Shown piece after piece: positions 27,730-35,600 of a stretch of 40,000 nucleotides of DNA (positions within the stretch are counted from its first letter, which is position 1; the number at the start of each line of letters is the position of its first letter). Both the position numbers and the translations under genes were made by a program. Source of the stretch: Actinoplanes sp. DH11 (lineage in GTDB: Bacteria > Actinomycetota > Actinomycetes > Mycobacteriales > Micromonosporaceae); the NCBI RefSeq assembly GCF_020873875.1, contig NZ_JAHWGU010000013.1:52955-92954 (forward strand). Direction: 5' to 3'. The notes below the pieces were generated by a model. The model searched no databases and had not been told where the DNA came from. It saw only the letters and a list, made by a program, of their open reading frames with translations.

Positions 27730-28967
27730 GATTCTTTTTCCCCGACAGCCAAGACCAGGTCGATCCTACGTTTGACTTCGTCACCGAGGAGCACGATCCG
27801 TTCCGGGTTCGGCAGCGTGACGATCTCTATGCTCACGAGGTGCTGACCGGAGCCCCGTTCGACGGACTGCTGGTTTCCAAGGCGATCGTAGACGGCCAGG
27901 TCGGCAGCAGCGCCGGCAAGTACACCGTTGCTCAGCGGCACCGGCTCTACCGGGAGGGCGCGCGTCGGTTCTTCCGGCTGGACCACGGCCACACTCCCCT
28001 CAAGATCATGGGGGACTGTGGAGCGTTTTCCTATGTCTCCGAGGTGAAGCCGCCGTACACGGTGGACGAGGTGATCGACTTCTACCACGGATGCGGGTTC
28101 GACTACGGGATCTCCGTCGACCACGTCATCTTCCAGTACGACCCGGCCGCTAGCAGTGAAGAGGCTGAGACCCAGGGCTGGGCGAAGCGCCAGCGGATCA
28201 CGCTCGAACTCGCAGAGGAGTTCCGTGACCGCTGTGATGCGCGCGGAGTCGAGTTCACCGCGTACGGAGTGGCCCAGGGCTGGAGTCCGGAGTCGTACGC
28301 CGCGGCGGTCGAGAAACTGCAGGATCTCGGCTACCGTCACATCGCACTCGGCGGGATGGTGCCGCTCAAGTCACGGGACATCCTGGCCTGCCTGGCGGTC
28401 GTAAAGCCGGTACTCAAGGACGGTACCGAGGTCCATCTGCTCGGCGTCAGCCGATGCGATGATGTGCCGAAGTTTGCCGAGGGCGGCGTTACCAGCTTCG
28501 ATAGCACCTCGCCGTTCCGGCAGGCGTTCAAGGACGACCGGGACAACTTCTACACGCCGTCGCGTACCTATGTCGCCCTGCGGGTGCCGCAGGTGGACGG
28601 CAACGCCAAGCTGAAGGCACGCATCAGGTCTGGTGAGATCAGCCAGGGCAAGGCGGTCGAGTTGGAACGCCAGGCGCTGGACCAACTCCGTCGCTTCGAT
28701 GAGAACGACACGGACGTGGAATCCGTCGTGGAGGCGCTTCGGGAGTACAGCGACCTCTGGGACGGCAAGTCCGACCGCAGCGGTCAGTACCGTGAGACAC
28801 TCACCGCCCGTCCCTGGCGAGACTGCTCCTGCGACCTCTGCAAGCAGCACGGCATCGAGATCGCGATCTTCCGTGGATCCGAACGCAACAAGCGACGTGG
28901 GTTCCACAACCTGTACGTCTTCGAACAGCAACTCCGCGCACGACAAGCGAGGAAGGACCCCGCGTGA
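27726..28967 (+). CDS. dpdA: tRNA-guanine-transglycosylase-like DNA 7-deazaguanine transglycosylase DpdA
   Basis: GTG 27726 overlaps the upstream stop (GTGA). It has VRFFFPDSQDQVDPTFDF, IMGDCGAFSY, ALGGMVPL, LHLLGVSR, FDSTSPF, and the TGT zinc site CSCDLC...H (28824-28907). The track ORF 27186.. is an artefactual 5' extension. Confidence 0.88.
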   Translation: MRFFFPDSQDQVDPTFDFVTEEHDPFRVRQRDDLYAHEVLTGAPFDGLLVSKAIVDGQVGSSAGKYTVAQRHRLYREGARRFFRLDHGHTPLKIMGDCGAFSYVSEVKPPYTVDEVIDFYHGCGFDYGISVDHVIFQYDPAASSEEAETQGWAKRQRITLELAEEFRDRCDARGVEFTAYGVAQGWSPESYAAAVEKLQDLGYRHIALGGMVPLKSRDILACLAVVKPVLKDGTEVHLLGVSRCDDVPKFAEGGVTSFDSTSPFRQAFKDDRDNFYTPSRTYVALRVPQVDGNAKLKARIRSGEISQGKAVELERQALDQLRRFDENDTDVESVVEALREYSDLWDGKSDRSGQYRETLTARPWRDCSCDLCKQHGIEIAIFRGSERNKRRGFHNLYVFEQQLRARQARKDPA

Positions 28968-30118
28968 CCGAGACCTCCGAGCGTGACGCCACCGGTACGG
29001 TGACCGAACTCCGGCTCCCCACGCTGAAGATCGACCAGGGACGCGGGCGCAGCCTTTTCACCTTCGCCATCGACGGCAAACTGGTGCCGCAAATCGCCAC
29101 GGTCTCCCGGATCCGTCGTGACCAGAACACCGAACTGCACGGCTATCAGCGGCCCGAGGTGCTCAGCCATGTGGCTGCGATCCGCCGATACATCGAGACC
29201 GATACGAGCCCGCTGCTGCCCAATGCCGTCGTCATCGCGTTCGACGAGCGGGTCCGGTTTGAGCCAGCTCCGGGCGGTATCGCCGATGGGCCGGGTTACG
29301 TGCAGGCGGGAACCCTGGTCATCCCGCTGATCGATGGTCCAGACCACGAGCGGCCAGGCTTCATCGTGGACGGGCAGCAGCGCTGCGCGGCCATCCGGGA
29401 TGCCCGGGTCGACCGGTTCCCGGTCAGCGTCAACGCGTTCATCACCAGGGAGACCTCCGACCAGCGGTCCCAGTTTATTCTGGTCAACTCGACGAAGGCG
29501 CTGCCTAAAGGCCTGATTCACGAGTTGCTGCCGGCGGCGTCCGGAGCCCTTCCCACCCCGCTGCGGGTTCGGCGACTACCGGCCACCCTTCTCGAGCGGC
29601 TCAACTTCGACGAACTGCGCTCCCCGCTGTACCGCATGATCCAGACACCCACCAACCCCGGCGGGTACATCAAGGACAACTCGATGCTGCGGATGCTGGA
29701 AAACAGCCTCTCCGACGGCGCGCTGTACCGGTACCGCAACGATGACGGTCTGCCGCGAACTGGCGAGATGCTCTCGTTGCTGTACAACTTCTGGGCCGCG
29801 GTGGAGCAGGTCTTCCCCGACGCCTGGAAGTTGCCGTCCCGCAAGTCCCGCCTCATGCACGGAGCAGGCATCATCAGCATGGGCTACCTGATGGACGCGA
29901 TCAGCCACGTCCGGGACAACGGTCAGGAGATCGTCAGCACCGAGGAGTTCGCCGCCGACCTCAAGACCGTGGCCGAGGACTGCCACTGGACCGAGGGCGA
30001 GTGGATTTTCCTGGACGGTGTCGTCCGCAAGTGGAACGACATCCAGAACACCCCGCGGGACATCCAGCGGGTGGCGGACCTGCTGCAGAACCGCTACCGC
30101 GTACCGCAGCTGCGCTGA
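28964..30118 (+). CDS. DGQHR-domain (DndB-like) protein, DpdB-like paralogue 2
   Basis: 384 aa and collinear with 26587..27729. It has GYQRPEVLSHVAAIRRYI, LPNAVVIAF, FIVDGQQRCAAI (29369-29383), QRSQFILVNSTKALPKGL, FPDAWKLPSRKSRLMHGAGI and CHWTEGEW. I estimate roughly one-third identity to paralogue 1 by eye. Confidence 0.85.
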   Translation: MTETSERDATGTVTELRLPTLKIDQGRGRSLFTFAIDGKLVPQIATVSRIRRDQNTELHGYQRPEVLSHVAAIRRYIETDTSPLLPNAVVIAFDERVRFEPAPGGIADGPGYVQAGTLVIPLIDGPDHERPGFIVDGQQRCAAIRDARVDRFPVSVNAFITRETSDQRSQFILVNSTKALPKGLIHELLPAASGALPTPLRVRRLPATLLERLNFDELRSPLYRMIQTPTNPGGYIKDNSMLRMLENSLSDGALYRYRNDDGLPRTGEMLSLLYNFWAAVEQVFPDAWKLPSRKSRLMHGAGIISMGYLMDAISHVRDNGQEIVSTEEFAADLKTVAEDCHWTEGEWIFLDGVVRKWNDIQNTPRDIQRVADLLQNRYRVPQLR

Positions 30119-30128
30119 CCAACCAAAC

Positions 30129-30161
30129 ACTGCGGGGTACGCGTCACGCGTACCCCGCAGT
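30129..30161. terminator. bidirectional stem-loop between the two convergent dpd operons
   Basis: A perfect 15-bp stem, ACTGCGGGGTACGCG (30129-30143) paired with CGCGTACCCCGCAGT (30147-30161), with a 3-nt loop. It lies inside the 48-bp gap between the stops at 30118 and 30167. Confidence 0.75.
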
Positions 30162-30166
30162 TGGCT

Positions 30167-32128
30167 TCAGAGAGCGCTGCTCGCCGCGCGCAGCAGCGAC
30201 GCCGAGCCGGCGCCGTCCGCCTCGCGGATGACTGTCGCCGCCCGCGCCTCAGCGCGGATGAATCCGGTCGCCGCGTGGGTGGCACAGCGAGTGGCCATGA
30301 TGATGACGTCCGCCCGCCGGACCCACTGCTTCAACCGGGGGCCGCCCACATGATCACTGCTGAACTGGATGTTCAGGCTGGGAGCCAGTTGTTTCAGCGC
30401 CTCGCCAGCACGCCGCAACGCCCCCTCGTCGAGGGAATAGAGCAGCACTTCGCGGGCCGTGACCGGGGTCGAACCGGTGTCCCCGGCCTCCCGGTTGACG
30501 TCCCACGGCAGGCCCAAGCCGAGTTCGCCGTCGATGATCCGGGCGAGGGCCAGTTGGTCCGTCTCCAGTCGCGCCCGCTTCTGGGCGAGCGGAGCGAGCA
30601 GAGCTTCGGTAATTCGCTGCCGCGCCTCCTCGACAGGGCTGGATGCCCGGGCGATGACGTCGCACATGTCCAGCACGATCGAGGCGTGGTTGACACTCAC
30701 CCAGCGGGCCGACTCGGCGGAGAGGTCGGCCAACAGAGCGCTGTACTCGTTCGCGGAAAGGGCGCCGCGCAGCGCGATCTCCAGCAGGGCGACGATGCCG
30801 GCCATGTCGCTGAACTCGAACCGGCTGTAGCTGAGCGCGTTGGCCAGGAAGGCCCGCGCGGTCCGGCTGGCCGGCCGGCGGTAACCGTCGGCCTCGACGA
30901 ACGCGCCGACGATCTGCCAGGCACGTTCGGCCCCGTCGTTGTCCAGGCCGTTGAGCAGATCGGCGAGGACCTGGTCGGAGGCCGCGGCCGGTTCCCAGTC
31001 CCGCCAGCGTTCCTCTGCCATCACCAGACGGATGTCCCGGTCGGCGGCGATCGCCTCGACCAATGCGACCCAGCCGGCCGGGGTGGTGCCCGTGACGTTC
31101 TCGACCGGTTCGGCCCGGGTGACGATCTCCTTCGGTGTCTCGGCGGGCTGAGGCCGGAACGCCGGGCGGAACGTCTCCACGTACTCGGCGACGAGTTTCG
31201 CCTCGGACAGCCGGGCCCAGGCGATCTGGTCGGCGCGTAGCCGCTGCCACAGGGCAGCATCGTCGGTGCCTGCGGCGGCGAGAGCCAGGACCGTCAACGC
31301 CTCCGTACCGAGACCATTCAGCGGACCGTCGGCCAGCCGCGGCGCCAGCGACGCCTGTTCCGCAAGGGCCAGCCGTGCCGCGTCCGGACCCGCCTCGGTG
31401 AGCGGGCCGGCCACCAGGGTGGAGTGCAGCGCGTCCAGGATCGCCTCACGGACCGGCGCCGGCGGCCGGGTCGCGATGACATCGAGTAACTGCGGCAGCC
31501 GCAGCAACTCGGCGTGCTGACCCAGCCGGGCCAGCCGTTTGACGGTCAGGTAGGCGATGTTCATGCCGCCGAGGCCCGACCCCTCCAGCCGGGACAACAG
31601 CGCGGCGGTACTCCGGTGATCGCCCGCGGCCATCGCCAGTTCGAACTCGGCCAGCAAGCGGCCGACCGGCAGGACGTCGTGCCATTCCGTGGCCGGGCGT
31701 TGCGCGATCGTCTGAACCATCAGGCGCAGCGCGCGCCAGAGATCCGCGCCCTTCTCCGCCGGATGCTCCAGCACGAAGACCCGGCGGTGCCCTGCGAACG
31801 CCGCCACGGCATCGTCAATCGGATCGCCGGCCCGTAACGCCTCCGGTCGGGCGACGAAAGTGGCATAGCTCGGCACCACGAAGGCGTTGAGCCACTCGCG
31901 TACGGTGTTCGCCTGCCGGACGTCCTGTGGGATTACGTACACGTACTTCGCGGTCTGGCTCCGTACCGTCCGTGGCAGGACGTGCGGAACCGCGGAGCCC
32001 GGTCCGGCGGACAGGTCGAGAAACTCATCGAGGAAGCTGACAGCTTTGGTGTTCTGCGGGCTCCGGCCCGGCCAGCTCTCGTTGCCGGTGCCGAAGAAGA
32101 CGTCGAGGAAGGCGTCGCGGTTCACCAC
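30167..32128 (-). CDS. large helical protein of unknown function with DUF2325-like C-terminal domain (possible DpdD equivalent)
   Basis: About 654 aa. The GTG start (32128 or 32125) overlaps the PLD stop (GTGGTGA). The protein is Ala/Leu-rich and helical. The C-terminal ...VLLYSLDEG...HVGGPRLKQWVRRADVIIMATRCATHAATGFIRAEA...VIREADGAGSASLL resembles the DUF2325 pattern (aDlVi..t..isH). The track ORF to 32680 is an out-of-frame-context extension. Confidence 0.7.
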   Translation of the reverse strand: MVNRDAFLDVFFGTGNESWPGRSPQNTKAVSFLDEFLDLSAGPGSAVPHVLPRTVRSQTAKYVYVIPQDVRQANTVREWLNAFVVPSYATFVARPEALRAGDPIDDAVAAFAGHRRVFVLEHPAEKGADLWRALRLMVQTIAQRPATEWHDVLPVGRLLAEFELAMAAGDHRSTAALLSRLEGSGLGGMNIAYLTVKRLARLGQHAELLRLPQLLDVIATRPPAPVREAILDALHSTLVAGPLTEAGPDAARLALAEQASLAPRLADGPLNGLGTEALTVLALAAAGTDDAALWQRLRADQIAWARLSEAKLVAEYVETFRPAFRPQPAETPKEIVTRAEPVENVTGTTPAGWVALVEAIAADRDIRLVMAEERWRDWEPAAASDQVLADLLNGLDNDGAERAWQIVGAFVEADGYRRPASRTARAFLANALSYSRFEFSDMAGIVALLEIALRGALSANEYSALLADLSAESARWVSVNHASIVLDMCDVIARASSPVEEARQRITEALLAPLAQKRARLETDQLALARIIDGELGLGLPWDVNREAGDTGSTPVTAREVLLYSLDEGALRRAGEALKQLAPSLNIQFSSDHVGGPRLKQWVRRADVIIMATRCATHAATGFIRAEARAATVIREADGAGSASLLRAASSAL

Positions 32129-32652
32129 GCGGCCCCGTTCCGGTCGGTGAACCGGCGTTCGAAGTCGGCACGCGCGTGTGCCGCCATCGCCTGGTCGACA
32201 CGGTAGTGAATCATCTCGTCGTTGACGGCGATCCCCCGGTAGGTGAAGTTCATCGAGCCGCTGATCAGCCACTCCGCGCCGCATAACGTCTTCTCGTGGA
32301 CGTCTTCCGTGGTGAACACCTCGACCGATCCCGAGTCCGTCTGCCGTCCCAGCCGTTCCAGGAAGACCCGGTTGAACTCGGCCGGCCGGGTGACCACCGA
32401 CAGCCGGCCACCGGCCCGGACGATCCCGGCCAGCACCTCGGAGAGGGAGTAGATCCGGCTGGACGGGTCGGGGAAGACAGCATCGAACGCCGCCGCCCGG
32501 TTGTCGATCGCGGGCACGTCCCCGATCCACGGCGACACCAGCCATAGTCGCGGGCTCGGCGTCAGCAGTTCCCCCAACAGTGCCGTGGTCAGGAGCCTGT
32601 CGACCCGGACTCCGGTCCGGGCGCTCGTACGCACCACACGTTCGTCGGTCAC
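32122..32652 (-). CDS. phospholipase-D-like (single HKD) nuclease, DpdK-like
   Basis: 176 aa. The GTG start overlaps the helicase stop (GTGA). It has the motif VHEKTLCGAEWLISGSMNFT (HxK...GSxN) and an upstream LWLVSPWIG block, as in Nuc/PLDc_2 nucleases. Confidence 0.8.
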   Translation of the reverse strand: MTDERVVRTSARTGVRVDRLLTTALLGELLTPSPRLWLVSPWIGDVPAIDNRAAAFDAVFPDPSSRIYSLSEVLAGIVRAGGRLSVVTRPAEFNRVFLERLGRQTDSGSVEVFTTEDVHEKTLCGAEWLISGSMNFTYRGIAVNDEMIHYRVDQAMAAHARADFERRFTDRNGAAW

Positions 32653-35600
32653 TGAGCGAACTCCCGAATCTCCACGACACAGCTCATCTGCCCGGCCTCC
32701 CGATCCAGGGAACGCACGTCGCCGTACACCCGCAGCGCGCCGTGGTCGACCGGAGTGGCCGGTACCAGGCGCATCGCGGCGGTCACCGCGGCCATCTTCT
32801 CCACCGGGGCGGTGAGCCGCACCGCGCCGGACGACGTGATCTCCGCGATGTACCTCTCCCGCCATCCCGGCTCGGTGACGTCGATCCGGGGCAGCCGCTC
32901 ATCATGAGCGGCCTGCACCAACAATCGGTCCAGCAGGGCGCCCGGGGCGAATGGCTGATAGTGCACGAGCTGCTGAGACCGCGCGTCCGCGCCGCGTGGC
33001 CAGAGCAGGCTGTACACCTGATCGGCCCCGAACCGCCGCGAATCCAGGCCGGACACGGGGATGGTGCCGGTGCCGACCAGATAGGCGAAGACTGCGGCGT
33101 CCACCTCGAAGCCGAGCCGCTGTTGCGTCTCGTCCCACACACTCATCAGGTCGAGCACGAGCCGGTCGGTGCCGCGGTCGGTGCCCTTGCGGAGCAGCCG
33201 GGTTGAAAGTGCCGACACGGCCTGCTGCCGCGGATGCCCGTCGATCGCAGCCCAGGCCAGCTTGAGCTCACTCAGAGCATTCTCGGCCGCACCCGCCGAC
33301 GGCGGGTCACGTAGCACGTCGATCTGCTGGGCCGCAGCCGAACCAGGGTTGTCCACCACGTGCCGCAGCAACTGGATGAGGGTGTCGTGCAGGTACTCGT
33401 AATCGCTGGGCGCGAGAGCGCTGTCGACCAGCGACCAGAACCGGCGCGGGTCCTCCTGGTAGTAGGGCGCCAGTTGGGTGATGATGCCCAGGCCCCCGAT
33501 CGAGGTCTCGCTCAGCCACACCGTGGCGATCCCGTCCGGGCTCTCCGGAGCGATCACATCGACGGTGAGATCGCCGTCCTGCGCGTCCGGGCAGGCGCGC
33601 TGTGCCGCGGCCAGGATCGCGGCGGCGACGGTGTCCCGGTACGCGCGGCGTGCCAGATCAGCGGTTTGGACGTCGATGTCGTCGCACCAGAGCAGTCGGC
33701 TGTGCTGGTCGACAGCATCCCGCACGACCCTCTGGGTCGCCAGGTTGCGTAGATCGCCGGCGAGCCGGTTGGGTCCGACTCCGCCCTCGCTGCGGTAGAT
33801 GGCGTTGAGTACCTCGTCGACCCGGTCTGCCCACCGGCCGTTCGTCAGCGAGCGGTGTGCCGCCTCGGGGTCACGGCCACCGCCGGAGCACCGCAACAGG
33901 GCGTAGGCAGTGGTGTACACCAGGGCCAGCCAGCCGCGGGCGAACACGTTGACGTCAGCCTCGTCCAGCTTCGGGTCGGCCACCAGTGTGGCCTTGAACG
34001 CCAGGAACCGCCACTGCGGCGAGCGTAGGTAGGTCGCGACGCGTTCGTCCGACGGGTCCAGCGCCGCGGCGGTGAACCGGATCGCGTCGACGTCCATGCG
34101 GAAACCGAGCGCCGCGGGTTCGTCGTCGTACCGGTACTCCACCTTCCGGCTGAACGACCCTTTGCCGATCATCGTGTTGCAGTTGGCGCCGGTGGTCATC
34201 CGGCGCACCTCAACCGGGTTGCCGGCCGCGCCGGTGGCGAACCCGACCGAGCGAACCCGGTCCTCCCACAGCGAGGGTTTCGGGACGGCACCCTCGTTGA
34301 GGTGATCGGGCACAAACTCAGACGCCCACACCGGGGTGGCCTGGGACTGGTCCTTCACGTCCGGAGGTGGGGGCGACAGCTTGATGATGTGCGGGCGCAG
34401 CACCCGGATCGGCGGTCGGCCGGGTGGCTGCCAGTGTCCTTCGTCCTCGTACTGCTCGGTGAACGTGGTGATCTCCAGGTCGCTGCTGGTACCCGGGGGC
34501 AGCGGCAGCCAGGTGCGGTCCCAGGCGGTCCGGAAGCCGAACCGGCGGCTGGCCCGGCCCGGAACCGCCTCCCGCAGCGCGCGTTCAATCGGCATCGGCA
34601 CGTCGTCCGCGTTCTCGAAGGGCAGCCGGAAGGTCACTTCGGGCAGGTTCAGCGAGTCGAACAGGGTACGGGTCACGAACTCCGGCAGCAGCGTGTTCGG
34701 TTCCGCACCGGGCTCCGTGGCGGCCCAGCGCGACTCCAGACGTCGCAGGACCGTCGGCGCTACGCCGAGCATCAGCGACCGGGGCGCCTCCCACATCAGT
34801 GCCGTGACCTCGTCAGCTGGCACACCCAGGGACCGGCGGAGCCATACGGCCAATTCCTTCTGGATACGCCCGTCCGCCAGCAGCAACTTCAGTTGATCGA
34901 TAACGGCTTGGGCGTCCCAGTGGCGGTCCTTGCCCTTGGCTGGGGCGGTAACCGCCCGGCGGCTGTCGCACCGGGCACGCCGGGCGATCCAGTCCAGCAT
35001 GGACTGGGCCGCCTGGATCTTCAGTACGAAACGGTTGCCGACCGGCAATCGGCGGGCGGGCAGTTCCGGATCGAAGAGTTGATCGTAGGCCTGGTAGGTG
35101 AGGCGGTCCCGGCCGAAGTCAGAGAGCGTCACCACGGTCCACGGCCGGGTCAGCCGCCGACGGCCGGCGCGGCCACGCCGCTGCAGGAACGAGGCGGCGT
35201 CCCGGGGCGCCTTGTGCTGCACCACGAGGCCGACCCGGTCGTCATCAACACCGACCTCGAGCGATGCCGTCGCCACGACCAGGTCGGCGTCCTGGTCGAC
35301 CCCGGTGTCCTGCGACGAGGTCCGCCCGACCCGCAGCCCGTACCTCTTCCTGTCCGGGTCCAACTGCCGGCCGATGGTGTTCACCAGGTCCCACCGCTGG
35401 CCATCGAGGTATTGCGCACCGTTGGCGCCACGATCCTTCGAGCGCAGCCCGGCCAGAACCGAGGAGTTGCCGTTCGGTCCGTTGCCTTCGGCGTCCGCGA
35501 GGTCGTTGTACAAACGGTTGGTCACATCGAGGTCGTCGGTGAAAAGGAAACCCCTCGACCCGTAGAGCCACTCGGAGCCACGCGGGTCGAGGACTCGGGC

